64,000 nucleotides of DNA from an uncultured Chloroflexia bacterium (GTDB taxonomy: Bacteria; Chloroflexota; Limnocylindria; Limnocylindrales; CSP1-4), in NCBI GenBank assembly GCA_963813335.1, contig CAWEYL010000001.1, positions 640,001-704,000 of the forward strand, in the 5' to 3' direction. This document shows, piece after piece, positions 29,733-41,457 of this stretch (position 1 is the first letter of the stretch; each line of letters begins with the position of its first letter). A program made the translations under genes and the position numbers. Under the pieces are notes generated by a model. It was not told the origin of the DNA. It made no database searches and worked only from the letters and a program-made list of their open reading frames with translations.

Positions 29733-32700
29733 CCGCGCCGGGCGGGCCGGGTCGCCTCCTCGCCCCGTCGCGCCTGCTCGCGCTGCGCCTGCAGGGCTTC
29801 AAGTCGTTCGCCGAGCGGACCAGCGTCGAGTTCGGCGGCGGCATCAGTGCGATCGTCGGGCCGAACGGCTCCGGCAAGAGCAACCTGGCCGATGCGCTCC
29901 GCTGGGCGCTGGGCGAGCAGGGCCGGGCGCTCCGGTCGCGCAAGGCCGAGGACGTGATCTGGGCGGGTTCCGACAAGCGCGCCGCGCAGGGGATGGCCGA
30001 CGTCACGCTGGTCATCGACAACGCCGACGGCCTGCTCCCGGTCGACTTCCAGGTCCTCGAGCTCGGCCGGCGGCTGTACCGCTCGGGCGAGAACGACTAC
30101 CTGCTCAACAAGCAGCGCATCCGGCTGCGCGACCTCGTCGAGCTGCTCGACGCCGCGCACCTCGCCGACAACGCGTTCCTGTTCATCGGCCAGGGCATGG
30201 TCGACCAGGCGCTGGCGCTGCGCCCCGAGGAGCGCCGCCCGCTCTTCGAGGAGGTCGCCGGGGTCCGGCGCCACGAGCGCCGGCGTCGGCGCGCACAGGA
30301 GCAGCTGGTCGAGTCCGAGGCCAACCTGGCCCGTGTCGAGGACATCGTCGCCGAGCTCCGGCCGCAGGCGCGCCGGCTCGCGGCCCAGGCCGAGCAGCAG
30401 ACCAGCCGGCAGACCACGGCCGACGAGCTGGCGGCCGCGATCCTGCTTTCGGCGCATGCCCGTTGGTTCGAGGCGGCCGCGCGCGTCGGGGAGACCCAGG
30501 GTCGGCGGGCGGCCGCCGGCGCCGAGGCGGACCGCGCCATGGCGGACATGACGGCGGCGGAAGTGGCCGCCTCGGGCGTGGCCGCGGAGCTCGGCGTGCG
30601 CGCGCTCGCGGAGCGCGACCGGCGGGAAGCCCATGACGCGGCGCGGGCGACGCTGACGGCCGCCCAGCTCGGCGAGGGACGCGTCGCCTCGGAGATCGCG
30701 GCCATCGAGCGGGACCGCACCCGCATCGCCGCGGACCGATCGGCGGCGGAGGCGGAGCTGGCGGCTGGACGACGGTCGGGAGCCGTGCCCGTGCCGCCGC
30801 GCGACATCGATCTCGAGGCCGCGTTGACCGAGGCCGAGCGGGAGACGGCCGCCGCGCTCGCGGAGCTCGGGGCCCTGCGTGCCGAGCGCCAGGCCCAGGG
30901 CGAGGAGCTCGCCGCGCTCCGTCGAGCCGAGGCGGCCCGACAGGCCGAGCTCGAGACCGCGCGACGCCGCGCCGACGAGGCCGCCCGACAGGCGGCCGGG
31001 GAAGGGGAGCGGGCCACCGCCGCTGCCGCGAGGCGGGACGTCACCGCGGCCCTGGCGACCGCCGCGCACGAGCGCCGAGCCGCGGCGATCGAGGCCGAGC
31101 GGACCGCGACCGCGGCCCTGGAGACGGCACGTGCGACCCTCGACGCGGCGGAGGCGGAACGGTCCGCCGCCGAGGCGCGGGCCGTCGCGGCCGAGGCGGA
31201 CCTGGCGGCCGTGCAGGCCCGCGCCCGCTCGCTCGAGACGCGGCTGGCCGAGGAGGAGGGCCGCGGGATCGCGAAGGCGGCGCGACGACATGGCGGACGT
31301 CGCGTCGATGAGGAGCTGGTCATCGACCCGGGCCTGCGGTCCGCGGTCGAGGCGGCGCTCGGCGAGGCGACCCGGGCGTACCTGGTCAAGGGCAGTGCGG
31401 TCGCGGACCTTGCCCGCGAGCGCGGCGCGCTGATCGTCGAGGAGCGCGCGTCGGCCACGGCCCCGCCCGCCGACGCACGGGAGCGGCGGTTCCTCGACGC
31501 GGTGAGCGCCGCGGGCGGCGGGCTGCTGGCCGATGCGGTCCAGCGCGACGGGAATGGCGCTGCACGCCGGCTGCTGGCGCGGGCGGCCTGGGTCCCGGAC
31601 CTCGCGGCATGCCTCTCGGTGCAGGCGGTGCTGCCGGGCGGCTGGATCGTCGTCCCGCGCGACGGCTCGGCCGTGGTCGGTGAGCTTGCTGTCGCGCTCG
31701 GCGCCGGCGAGTCGGTGCTACAGCGCCGGGCGGAGGCGACCGCACTGGCCGCGGACGTCGAACGGCTGGCGGCGGCGGCGACGACGGCGAGGACGGCCGC
31801 CGCGACCGCTTCGGCCGGTGCCGCGAGCCGCGCGGACCGCGCTGGAGGCGGCCCGGACGGCCGAGTCCCGCGCGGCGACGGATCGCCGGTCCGCCGACGA
31901 CGCGGAGCGCGTCGCTGCACGAGACGCTGAGGCCGCGGTCCGCGAGGCCGCCTGGGCCGAGGCGCAGGCCGAGCGCCTGCGCGCCGACCATGCCCGTGCC
32001 TCGGCCGCGCTGGCTGCGATGCAGGGCACCGCCGACGCGTCCGGTTCCGCCGCGGACGGTGGCGCCGCTCCGACCGAGGCGGCGATCAGCGCGATCGAGG
32101 CGTGGGAGGCCCGCGCCGCCGAGATGCGGGCGCGCCGGGACCGCCTGGCCGAGCAGGCCGCGACCGCCGACGCCGCCCGCCGCGAGGCGGAAGCGCGACG
32201 GACGCGTGCCGAGACCGGCATCGCCCTGGCTGAGGAGCGGATGGCTCGGGCCGACCGCGAGCTCGAGGGTCTCGACCTTCGCGCTCGCGACCTCGCCGCC
32301 GAACGCGATCGTCTGCGCACGGACCTCGCGACCGCCGTCGTGGCCGAGGCGGCCGCCAGGCAGGCGCTCGCCGAGCTGCACGCCGCGGATGCCGCGGACC
32401 GGGAGCGGCTGGCGACCGCGGAGCAGGGCGCGTCCTCGGCCCGGGAGCGGCTCCGTGCCGCCGACGACCGGTTGCGCACCGCCGATCGGGCGGAGCTGGA
32501 GGCCCGGCTGGGGCTCGATGCCCTGCGCGAGAGCGTGCTCGTCGACCTCGCCGGCCTCGGGGCGCCAGGACTGCTGCATCTCGCCGCGGTGACCGGCATG
32601 GCCGTGCCGGCAGCTCCGGTCGCCGGTGCCGCATCGGACGCCGACGCCGATCCGGAGGCCGAGGTCGAGGTCGAGATCGACGGCGGCGGCGACACCGCCG

Positions 32701-33455
32701 CCTTCGAGGCCGCGCTCGACGCGGCCGCCGAGCGCTGGGCTGCCGCCGCGCCGACCGGGATCGCGCCCGGACCGGCCCGCCTGGGCCAGCTCCGCCGCCG
32801 GTTCCACGAGCTCGGCGCCGTCAACCCGTACGCGGTCGACGAGTACGCAGAATTGAAGACCCGGCTCGAGACGCTCGAGACGCAGGCGAGCGACCTGCGG
32901 ACCGCGATCGTCCGGACGCGCGAGCTCATCGCCGAGCTCGAGACCATGATCGCCGACCAGTTCCAGACGACGTTCCGCGCCCTCGAGGTCGCCTTCGCAT
33001 CGCGCTTCGAGCAGCTCTTCGGCGGCGGCTTCGCGCGCATCTCGCTGACCGATCCGTCGGACCTCGGCTCGACCGGCGTCGAGATCGTCGCGCGCCCGCC
33101 CGGCAAGAAGGCCCAGGCGCTCGCCATGCTGTCGGGCGGCGAGCGCGCACTGACGGCCGTCGCGCTGCTGTTCGCGATGCTCGAGGTCCGTCCCGTCCCG
33201 TTCTGCGTGCTCGACGAGGTGGATGCCGCGCTCGACGAGGCCAACGTGGGCCGCTTCGCCGACGCGCTGCGCAGTCTCGCCCACCAGACGCAGTTCGTGG
33301 TCATCACCCACAACCGGGGCACGATCGAGGCGGCCGATGCGCTGTACGGCGTCACCGTCGGCGACGACTCGGTCAGCCGCGTGATCAGCCTCCGGCTCGA
33401 CGAGGCCCAGGCGCTCGCCGACCAGGGTCGCGGCGAGCTCGCGCCGGCCCGCTGA
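29729..33455 (+). CDS. smc: Chromosome segregation protein SMC; frame broken by one extra base near 31826
   Basis: GFKSF and GPNGSGKSN in ORF 29729..31930; LGAVN, LSGGE, LDEVDAALD, ITH in ORF 31533..33455. The two join if one base at ~31826 is removed. Confidence 0.93.
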
Positions 33456-34747
33456 TGCCGTTCTGGCGCCGGAAGAGCGAGGAGGCCGAGCCGGCCGAGT
33501 CCGAAGCCGAGGAGGCGCTGCCGAGCCCGGAGGACGTCGAGCCCGGCTGGGAGCCCGATCCCGCCGACTTCGATGACCCGGCCTCGGCGGGCGGACCGAC
33601 CGGCCCGGAACCGGAGTTCGCACCGACCGCCGAGACGGCGTGGTCGATCGTGCAGCCCGGGCTCGTCGTCCCGGAACCGGTTCATGAGCCCGAGACGGGG
33701 AGCGCGGCGTCCGCGCCCGAGCCGATCCCGCCGTCGGCGGAGCCGCCGGCGCCAGAGCCCCGGGCCGTCTGGATCGCGATCCCCGAACCCGTCTACCCGT
33801 CCCCATCCCAGCCGGTCGTGCCCGCCACGGGACCCGAACCGGCGCACGAGGCGCCGCACGAAGGCTCGCTCGATGCGGGCCTCGAGCGGACTCGTGGCGG
33901 GTTCATGTCGCGCCTGCGCGGCTTCCTCGCCGGCGGCCCCGAAGGCCCGTCGTGGGACGACGTCGAGGAGACGCTGATCGCCGGTGACGTCGGGGCGGCG
34001 CTCGCGATGGACGTGGTCGAGCGCGCCCGCCGCCGGCGCGATCCGGCCGGTGCCGAAGCGGCGGTCCGTGCCGAGCTCGCCGCCCTCCTCGTCCCGCGCG
34101 ACCCGGCCTGGGCGCCGCGGCCCTCGGTCGAGGGCGGGCCCGCCGTGATCCTGGTCGTGGGCGTCAACGGGACCGGCAAGACCACCAGCATCGGCAAGCT
34201 CGCCAGTCGCTACGCCGGGGAGGGCCACCGGGTGATCCTCGCCGCGGCCGACACGTTCCGGGCCGCGGCCATCGACCAGCTCCGCATCTGGGCCGAGCGG
34301 GCCGGGACCGAGATGGTCGCCCACGCCCCGGGCGCGGACCCCGGTGCGGTCGTCTACGACGCCCTGGACGCCGCGGTCGCCCGCGGCGCGGACCTGGTGA
34401 TCGCGGACACGGCCGGCCGGCTCCACACGAAGTCGAACCTGATGGACGAGCTTTCCAAGATCCGCCGCATCATCGACAAGCGCCTGCCGGGCGCCGCCCC
34501 GGAGACGTTCTTCGTGCTCGACGCCACCACCGGCCAGAACGGCCTGGCCCAGGCGAAGGCGTTCCACGAGGCGGTCGGCCTGACCGGGATCATCCTGACC
34601 AAGCTCAATTCGACGGCCAAGGGCGGCATCGTCTTCGCGATCGAGGACGGGCTGCACATCCCGGTCCGCTTCGTCGGCGTGGGCGAGCAGGCCGGCGACC
34701 TGATCGCGTTCGAGCCGGACGCCTTCGTCGCGGCGCTCTTCGCCTAG
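33455..34747 (+). CDS. ftsY: Signal recognition particle receptor FtsY
   Basis: Pro/Glu-rich A domain, [21 protein letters not shown]; G4 reads TKLN. Confidence 0.96.
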   Translation: MPFWRRKSEEAEPAESEAEEALPSPEDVEPGWEPDPADFDDPASAGGPTGPEPEFAPTAETAWSIVQPGLVVPEPVHEPETGSAASAPEPIPPSAEPPAPEPRAVWIAIPEPVYPSPSQPVVPATGPEPAHEAPHEGSLDAGLERTRGGFMSRLRGFLAGGPEGPSWDDVEETLIAGDVGAALAMDVVERARRRRDPAGAEAAVRAELAALLVPRDPAWAPRPSVEGGPAVILVVGVNGTGKTTSIGKLASRYAGEGHRVILAAADTFRAAAIDQLRIWAERAGTEMVAHAPGADPGAVVYDALDAAVARGADLVIADTAGRLHTKSNLMDELSKIRRIIDKRLPGAAPETFFVLDATTGQNGLAQAKAFHEAVGLTGIILTKLNSTAKGGIVFAIEDGLHIPVRFVGVGEQAGDLIAFEPDAFVAALFA

Positions 34748-36054
34748 CCGCCGATCGGGCGGTCGCGCTCGATCTCCTCGACGGCGCCGACCGTCCCGGC
34801 GTCGAGCACCACCGGCAGCTGCCGGAGCTGGCGGACGGGCGAGAACCACAGGATCAGCACCCCGATCGCGCCGAAGAACGGGGTGATCCACATCGTCGCG
34901 CGAAGGCCGATCGCCACGGCCAGCACGCCGGCCAGCAGCGTCGTGATCAGCTGGGCGATCCCCGAGGCGACCACGAACGTCGACGAGACCCGGCCCAGCG
35001 CCCGGTCCTCGACCAGCGTCTGGCGCACGACGACCTCGGAGATGTCGTAGACCTGCAGCGAGGAATCGCCGAGGAGCTGCGCGAGGACCAGGAACGTGAT
35101 CGCGACGAGCGGTGCCCCCACCGGCGCCAGCGGCACGAACAGGTTGCTGATCGTCGAGAGGACGAGCGCCGCGATGACCACCGGCCCGACGCCCCAGCGC
35201 CGGGTGACCGGCCCCGTGATGAGCGCGCCCACGAGCGACGAGACCCCGCCCACGGCGGCGACCACGCCGAGCGCCCCGGGCCCGAGGCCCAGCTCGTCCA
35301 CGGTGAAGAGCCACCAGGTCGTGCCGAAGATGCCCCAGATCATGGAGATCGCCACCTGCGAGCCCGCGAACGCCCGCAGGATCGGGTCGTGCCGGACGAG
35401 CCGGATGCCATCCCGGATCTCGTCGATCACCGGGGACCGGTCGGCGCGCGGTGGCGAGGGTGGCTCCTCCTTGTGGATCGTCCCGAGCAGCACGGCGGAG
35501 ACGAGGAAGGTCACCGCGTCGATGGCGATCGTGACTGGCGCGGTCAGCACCTGGACCAGGACGCCGCCGAGTCCGAAGGCGAGGACCTCCGAGGCGGAGC
35601 CGCTCGCCGACAATGCCGCATTCGCATCGGTCAGCTGCTCGCGCTCGACGACGGTCGGCAGGTACGCGTTGTCGGCCGAGTCGAAGAAGACGGTCAGCAC
35701 GGCCGCGATGCCGGTCACGACCAGCAGGTGCGGGAACGTCAGCACCCCGAGCGCGAACGCGACCGGGATCGAGCCCAAGAGCACGGCCCGCCCGAGATCG
35801 GCCCAGATCAGGACCGGGCGGCGGCGCAGCCGGTCCACCCAGGCGCCCGCGACCAGCCCGAACACGAGGGCCGCGATCAGGTCGAGGCTGCGCAGGATCG
35901 ACATCTCGACCGGCCCGGCGCCGAGGACGAGGATGGCGACGAGCGGCAGCGCGATCCTGGTGACCAGCGAGCCGAAGACCGAGACGGTCGACGCGGCCCA
36001 GACACGGCGGAACGCGCTGTTGCGCCAGAGCACGGATTCGAAGGGGTTGCGCAC
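34744..36054 (-). CDS. MFS transporter (MFS_3/H+ antiporter-like)
   Basis: About 12 TM segments, GAWVDRLRRRPVLIWAD motif A. Start placed at GTG 36054 behind a TATGCT -10 (track start 36090). Confidence 0.9.
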   Translation of the reverse strand: MRNPFESVLWRNSAFRRVWAASTVSVFGSLVTRIALPLVAILVLGAGPVEMSILRSLDLIAALVFGLVAGAWVDRLRRRPVLIWADLGRAVLLGSIPVAFALGVLTFPHLLVVTGIAAVLTVFFDSADNAYLPTVVEREQLTDANAALSASGSASEVLAFGLGGVLVQVLTAPVTIAIDAVTFLVSAVLLGTIHKEEPPSPPRADRSPVIDEIRDGIRLVRHDPILRAFAGSQVAISMIWGIFGTTWWLFTVDELGLGPGALGVVAAVGGVSSLVGALITGPVTRRWGVGPVVIAALVLSTISNLFVPLAPVGAPLVAITFLVLAQLLGDSSLQVYDISEVVVRQTLVEDRALGRVSSTFVVASGIAQLITTLLAGVLAVAIGLRATMWITPFFGAIGVLILWFSPVRQLRQLPVVLDAGTVGAVEEIERDRPIGG

Positions 36055-36229
36055 GACGGCGGAGCATAGTCGGTGCGCGACCCGGACCATCGTCCCAACG
36101 GCGGGCGCGCGGAGGCTGCGCTACACTTCGGCACGCCTCGGTGCGTCAGAACCCGCGCACCACCCGGTCCGTCCGCGAGCGATCGTCGACCGGCCGGTCG
36201 AACCACCTGCTGGAGTCCCCACCCGGACC

Positions 36230-37564
36230 ATGTTCGACACCCTCAGCGAACGGCTTCGCAAGACCCTCGGCACCCTGACCGGCCGCGGTCGGATCAGCGA
36301 GGCCGACGTCGATGCCGCCATGCGCGAGGTGCGTTTGGCGCTGCTCGAGGCCGACGTCAATTTCAAGGTCGTCAAGGACTTCGTGGCCCGGGTCCGCGAG
36401 AAGGCGGTCGGCGCCGACGTCCTCGAAAGCCTCACCGCCGGCCAGCAGGTCGTGAAGATCGTCAACGACGAGCTCGTCGAGCTGCTCTCGGCGGGCGACC
36501 GGACCTTCCACCTCTCGGGCAACCCGGCGGTGGTCGCGATGGTCGGCCTGCAGGGCTCCGGCAAGACGACATCCACCGCGAAGCTCGCCCGCCACATCGT
36601 CAAGCTGGGCCGACGCCCGATGCTGGTCGCCGCGGACCCGTACCGCCCGGCGGCCGCGGACCAGCTCGAGACGCTCGGCAAGAGCCTCGACATCCCGGTC
36701 TTCCGCGCCCCGCCCGGCACGAGCGTCCCGGACATCGCCCGCCTCGGCGTCGAGGCCGCGAAGCGCCAGGTCCGCGACGTGGTCATCCTCGACACCGCCG
36801 GCCGGCTCACGATCGACGAGGCCCTGATGGCCGAGATCGCCGCCGTCAACGCCGCCGTCAGGCCGGTCGAGACGCTGCTGGTGGTCGATGCCATGACCGG
36901 CCAGGAGGCCGTCGCGGTCGCGCAGGCGTTCGTCGCCGCCGTCCCGGTGACCGGCCTGATCCTGACCAAGATCGACGGCGACGCCCGCGGCGGCGCCGCG
37001 CTCTCGATCTCGGCGGTCACCGGCGTCCCGGTCAAGTTCCTCGGGACCAGCGAGAAGACCGACGGCCTGGAGGTCTTCTACCCGGACCGCCTCGCCGGGC
37101 GGATCCTCGGGATGGGCGACATCCTGACGCTCGTCGAGCGAGCCCAGGAGACCTTCGACACCAACCAGGCGGCCAAGCTCGAGGAGAAGCTGCGCAAGAA
37201 CAGCTTCACGCTCGAGGACATGCTCGAGCAGCTCCAGCAGGTCCAGAAGATGGGCCCGCTCGGGCAGATCATGTCGATGATCCCCGGGATGGGCAGCATG
37301 GCCGGCGAGGCGCAGGCCGCCGTGGACCGGGGCGACCTCAAGCGGACCGAAGCGATCATCCGGGCGATGACGCCCGTCGAGCGGCGCGATCCGACCGTCC
37401 TCAACGCCTCCCGGCGACGCCGCATCGCGGCGGGCTCCGGGACCACCCTTCCCGACGTCAATCGTCTCGTGAAGCAATTCGCCGAGATGCAGAAGGTCAT
37501 GAAGCAACTTTCCGGGGCTGGCGGTCGGCGGGCCGCCATGAGCGCCCTGTCCGGCCGCCGATGA
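36230..37564 (+). CDS. ffh: Signal recognition particle protein Ffh
   Basis: MFDTLS, LLEADVN, GLQGSGKTT, DTAGR, TKID, M domain SRRRRIAAGSG. Confidence 0.98.
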   Translation: MFDTLSERLRKTLGTLTGRGRISEADVDAAMREVRLALLEADVNFKVVKDFVARVREKAVGADVLESLTAGQQVVKIVNDELVELLSAGDRTFHLSGNPAVVAMVGLQGSGKTTSTAKLARHIVKLGRRPMLVAADPYRPAAADQLETLGKSLDIPVFRAPPGTSVPDIARLGVEAAKRQVRDVVILDTAGRLTIDEALMAEIAAVNAAVRPVETLLVVDAMTGQEAVAVAQAFVAAVPVTGLILTKIDGDARGGAALSISAVTGVPVKFLGTSEKTDGLEVFYPDRLAGRILGMGDILTLVERAQETFDTNQAAKLEEKLRKNSFTLEDMLEQLQQVQKMGPLGQIMSMIPGMGSMAGEAQAAVDRGDLKRTEAIIRAMTPVERRDPTVLNASRRRRIAAGSGTTLPDVNRLVKQFAEMQKVMKQLSGAGGRRAAMSALSGRR

Positions 37565-37592
37565 CCAGGCTCGAAGCAGAGGGGACAGACCG

Positions 37593-39479
37593 ATGACCGA
37601 CCAGCCCAACGACCCGGGGGACCCGACGACCGTCGTCCCGACACCCGCGGTCCCGACGCCCGACGCGGCGCCGCAGCACGAGTTCGTGCCCGCCGAGCCG
37701 GCGACCAGCGCCGCGCCGCTGACCGCCGTCGACGCACCCGCAGGCCCCAGCCGTCGCCGCTGGGGCGTCGCCCTCGCGGCGATCGCGGTGGTCGTCGCCA
37801 TCAGTGCCGCGGCCGTCTACGCGCTCACCGGTGCCGCACCGAACGCGACCGTCCTCGGCTACGTCCCGTCCGGCAGCGTCATGTACGGCGAGTTCCGGAT
37901 GGACCTCCCGGGCGGGCAGGACCGCAAGGTCGCGGAGTTCCTCTCGCACTTCCCAGGCTTCGCCGACCAGTCGTCGATCCAGACGAAGGTCAACGAGACG
38001 CTCGACCAGATCGTCGGCAAGGCCTCGGACGGCAAGCAGACCTACGCGAAGGACGTCGAGCCGTGGTTCAGCGGCCAGATCGCCTTCAGCGTCGGTGAGC
38101 TGCCCGATCCCAAGACCGTCGCCGGCGGCAGCGCCGGCTCCGAGACCCACGCCCTGCTGCTGCTCTCGGTGAAGGACGCCGCCCTGGCGCAGGCCTGGTT
38201 CGACCAGCTCTTCGCCGACGGCAAGACCGCGGTCACCACCTCTGACTACTCGGGCACGACCATCACCGCGCCGACGACGCAGGGGACGCCGCCGGCCGGC
38301 ATGGCCATCATCAACGGCAAGGTCGCCGTGATCGGCGACCTTGCGTCGGTCAAGTCCGCGATCGACACCAACGGGGCCGGCGCCTTCGCCAACGAGCCCG
38401 GACCCAAGGCGGCCTTCGCGGCCAGCGACAGCGCCCACCTGGGCCTCGTGTACATGGCGCTCGGCCCGCTCTACGACTGGTCTGCCTCCATGCAGTCCGC
38501 GATGACGAGTGCGCTCCCGAGCGCCGCGCCGACCATCCCGGGCTGCCAGCCATCCGACCTGAACGCGATGGTCGCCGACCTGCTACCCGACTGGGCGAGC
38601 TTCACGGTGAAGGCCGACTCGGACGCCCTGGTCTTCGAGACCGTGTCGCCGCCGCCGGCCAAGGCCATCGGCCCGACCGCGGATCGCACCTCGGACCTCG
38701 TCAAGCACATCCCGGCCAGCGCGATCGCGCTCGCCGTCGTCAACGACTACGGCGCGACCCTCCAGCAGGGCATCGACCTCTACAAGGCGCAGCCGTGCTT
38801 CAAGGACGCCATCACCCAGCTCGAGAAGTCGGCCGACCTGGCCGGCGGCCTCGACGCCATCCTCGGCTGGATCGGCGACACCGCCATCGTCGTCAACGGC
38901 ACGGATCCGCTGCCCGAGGCGGGCATCGTGGTCAAGCCGACCGGCAAGGATGATCCGGCCAAGCTGCTGACCAGCCTCAAGGGCCTCGTGTCGCTCGGTG
39001 GCGGCCAGCAGGGCCTCACCGTCCGGGAAGAGGACCACAACGGGGTCAAGATCACGATCATCGATGCCGGCCCCATCGACAAGCTCACCGGGTCCTCGAT
39101 GACGGCCGCCCCCGGCGTCAAGCTGCCGAGCGGCGACGTCGAGCTGGCCTGGGCGGTCAAGGACGACCTCGTCGTCATCGGCAGCGGCCCGGACTTCGTC
39201 AAGCACGTGCTCGACACCACCGATTCCACGTCGCTCGCGAATGACAGCCGCTACAAGTCCCTGGCGGGACGCGTCGGCGACGGCACCGGGATCACCTTCG
39301 TCGACCTCACGGAGATCCGTGAGCGGACCGAGGCCCTGATCTCGTCGGTCCAGCCGGCCGCCCTCAAGACCTACGAGACCGATGTCAAGCCGTACCTCGT
39401 CCCGTTCGACGCCTTCGTCGCATCAGGCTCGGTCGCGGGCGACATCGACCACTCGAAGGCCATCATCGTCGTCAAGTAG
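37593..39479 (+). CDS. Membrane-anchored extracytoplasmic protein, DUF3352-like
   Basis: Pro-rich N-terminus, one [13 protein letters not shown] motif and an internal duplication (YVPS / HIPA repeats). Confidence 0.7.
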   Translation: MTDQPNDPGDPTTVVPTPAVPTPDAAPQHEFVPAEPATSAAPLTAVDAPAGPSRRRWGVALAAIAVVVAISAAAVYALTGAAPNATVLGYVPSGSVMYGEFRMDLPGGQDRKVAEFLSHFPGFADQSSIQTKVNETLDQIVGKASDGKQTYAKDVEPWFSGQIAFSVGELPDPKTVAGGSAGSETHALLLLSVKDAALAQAWFDQLFADGKTAVTTSDYSGTTITAPTTQGTPPAGMAIINGKVAVIGDLASVKSAIDTNGAGAFANEPGPKAAFAASDSAHLGLVYMALGPLYDWSASMQSAMTSALPSAAPTIPGCQPSDLNAMVADLLPDWASFTVKADSDALVFETVSPPPAKAIGPTADRTSDLVKHIPASAIALAVVNDYGATLQQGIDLYKAQPCFKDAITQLEKSADLAGGLDAILGWIGDTAIVVNGTDPLPEAGIVVKPTGKDDPAKLLTSLKGLVSLGGGQQGLTVREEDHNGVKITIIDAGPIDKLTGSSMTAAPGVKLPSGDVELAWAVKDDLVVIGSGPDFVKHVLDTTDSTSLANDSRYKSLAGRVGDGTGITFVDLTEIRERTEALISSVQPAALKTYETDVKPYLVPFDAFVASGSVAGDIDHSKAIIVVK

Positions 39480-39480
39480 C

Positions 39481-39512
39481 GAAGACCGGGGTGCCCCCAG
39501 CACCCCGGCTTC
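39481..39512 (+). terminator. Strong hairpin between the DUF3352-like gene and rpsP (terminator or processing stem)
   Basis: CCGGGGTGC-CCCCA-GCACCCCGG 9-bp stem flanked by GAAG/CTTC; U-tract is weak. Confidence 0.45.
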
Positions 39513-39541
39513 GGAATGCAACTGGAGGAGATGCACCGATC

Positions 39542-39796
39542 ATGGCAGTCCGCATCCGGCTGACGCGCGTGGGCGCGAAGAAGCAGCCGACCTATCGCGT
39601 CGTCGTCGCCGACGGTCGCAGTGCCCGCGACGGCCGCGCCATCGAGACGCTCGGTCACTACAACCCGCGCTCCGAGCCGGTCGAGTTCCAGGTGGACGAG
39701 GACAAGGCCAAGGCCTGGCTCGCCAAGGGAGCCCAGCCGTCCGAGACGGTCAGCCGACTCTTCCGTCAGGCGGGCATCCTGCCCGCCGCCAAGTAG
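39542..39796 (+). CDS. rpsP: 30S ribosomal protein S16
   Basis: [29 protein letters not shown]. Confidence 0.98.
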   Translation: MAVRIRLTRVGAKKQPTYRVVVADGRSARDGRAIETLGHYNPRSEPVEFQVDEDKAKAWLAKGAQPSETVSRLFRQAGILPAAK

Positions 39797-39805
39797 GGGA
39801 CCGAG

Positions 39806-40039
39806 ATGGCCGCCAAGGACCTGGTCGAATACGTCGCCAAGGCGCTCGTCGACGATCCCGACGCCGTGACCGTCGAGCTCGTGCGCGAGGAAGGCGCCAC
39901 GGTCATCGAGCTGCATGTCGCCGAGGACGACATGGGCAAGGTCATCGGGCGCAACGGCAGCGTCGCGAAGGCGCTGCGCACCCTGCTCAAGGTCACGGCC
40001 GCCCGTGACGGCGAGCCGGTCCAGCTCGAGATCCTCTGA
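39806..40039 (+). CDS. khpA: KH-domain RNA-binding protein KhpA (YlqC)
   Basis: DMGKVIGRNG GxxG loop; between rpsP and rimM. Confidence 0.93.
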   Translation: MAAKDLVEYVAKALVDDPDAVTVELVREEGATVIELHVAEDDMGKVIGRNGSVAKALRTLLKVTAARDGEPVQLEIL

Positions 40040-40728
40040 GCGTCGACGAACGGCTCGTGGTCGCCCTCGTCCGAGGGGTCCACGGGCTGCACGGCGCCGT
40101 CCGGGTGGAGGTCCTGACCGACCATCCGGAGACCCGCTTCGTGCCGGGGACCGTGCTCCATCGTGAGGGGCGCGACGAGCCGCTGACGATCGCCTCCGCC
40201 GAGGCGATCGCCGATGGCCCCGGCTGGCGCGTGCGCTTCCGCGAGGTCGGCTCACGCGATGCCGCCGACACCTTGCGTGGCGCCTACCTCGAGGCCGTGG
40301 TCGTGCCCGAGCTGGAGCTCGGGCGGGGCGAGTACTACTGGCACGAGGTCGTCGGCGTGGCCGTGCGCGGCGTCGACGGCGCCGAGCTCGGCACGGTCCG
40401 CGACATCTACCGCGTCGGCGAGAACGACGTCCTGGTCGTCGATGGCGGCACGGTCGCGCCGTTCGACCTGCCCGCGGTGCGGGCGTTCATCCGGGTCTTC
40501 GCGCCTCGCCGCGGCGAGATCGTGGTCGACGCCGAGTCGCTCGACCTGCGCCCGGCCAAGTCGAAGACGCCCGACCCGGACCGCCCGAAGGCGCCGCGGC
40601 GGCGCAGCCGGAAGCCGGCCACGACGGCCCCGCCGGCGACCCCGCCCGGCGACGCCGCGACGGCCACGACGGAGTCGGCCGCGACGGAGCCGGCCGCGGC
40701 CGAGCGGCCCGCACCGTCTCGGCCATGA
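40036..40728 (+). CDS. rimM: Ribosome maturation factor RimM (probable CTG start at 40036; next canonical start GTG 40057)
   Basis: [25 protein letters not shown]; followed by trmD. Confidence 0.92.
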   Translation: MSVDERLVVALVRGVHGLHGAVRVEVLTDHPETRFVPGTVLHREGRDEPLTIASAEAIADGPGWRVRFREVGSRDAADTLRGAYLEAVVVPELELGRGEYYWHEVVGVAVRGVDGAELGTVRDIYRVGENDVLVVDGGTVAPFDLPAVRAFIRVFAPRRGEIVVDAESLDLRPAKSKTPDPDRPKAPRRRSRKPATTAPPATPPGDAATATTESAATEPAAAERPAPSRP

Positions 40729-41420
40729 CCCTCGAGATCGATGTCCTGACGCTGTTCCCGGCGATGTTCGCAGGGCCGCTCGGCGACAGCATCCCGGGCC
40801 GGATCCAGGAGCGGGGCCTGGCCACGATCCGGATCCGCGACCTGCGCGAGTGGGGCCTCGGCAAGCACCGCTCCGTGGATGACGCCCCGTACGGTGGCGG
40901 CGCCGGCATGGTGCTCCGGCCGGAGCCGGTCGCGGCCGCGCTCGACGACCTGCGCCGGCCCGACTCGACCACGATCCTCATGGACCCCGCCGGGGAGGTC
41001 TTCCGCCACGCCCGTGCCGCGGACCTCGCGACGCGCAGCCACTGCATCTTCGTGTGCCCGCGCTACGAGGGCGTCGACGAGCGCATCCGCTCGCTCGTGG
41101 ACCTCGAGCTCTCGATCGGCGACTACGTCCTCTCGGGCGGGGAGCTGCCGGCGCTCGTCGTGATCGACGCGGTGCTGCGCCTGCTCCCCGGGGCCATCGA
41201 CGACGCCTCCACGGCCGAGGAGTCGTTCAGCGCGGGCATCCTCGAGTACCCGCAGTACACGCGCCCGGCCACCTTCCGCGGCATGGACGTGCCGGCGATC
41301 CTGTCATCCGGCGACCACGCGGCCGTCCGTCGCTGGCGCGACGAGCAGGCACTCGCCCGCACCCGGGAACGGCGGCCCGACCTGCTCGAGCCGCCGGCCG
41401 CCGACGCCGACGCCGACTGA
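40725..41420 (+). CDS. trmD: tRNA (guanine37-N1) methyltransferase
   Basis: [35 protein letters not shown]. Confidence 0.98.
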   Translation: MTLEIDVLTLFPAMFAGPLGDSIPGRIQERGLATIRIRDLREWGLGKHRSVDDAPYGGGAGMVLRPEPVAAALDDLRRPDSTTILMDPAGEVFRHARAADLATRSHCIFVCPRYEGVDERIRSLVDLELSIGDYVLSGGELPALVVIDAVLRLLPGAIDDASTAEESFSAGILEYPQYTRPATFRGMDVPAILSSGDHAAVRRWRDEQALARTRERRPDLLEPPAADADAD

Positions 41421-41457
41421 CGACGGAGGCGCCGACTGAGCGCCTAGACTCCGCGGC

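Noticed and set aside
36091-36229. SRP (4.5S) RNA next to ffh
   Set aside because: No helix-8 motif (CAGG...GNRA loop...AGCA) is visible.
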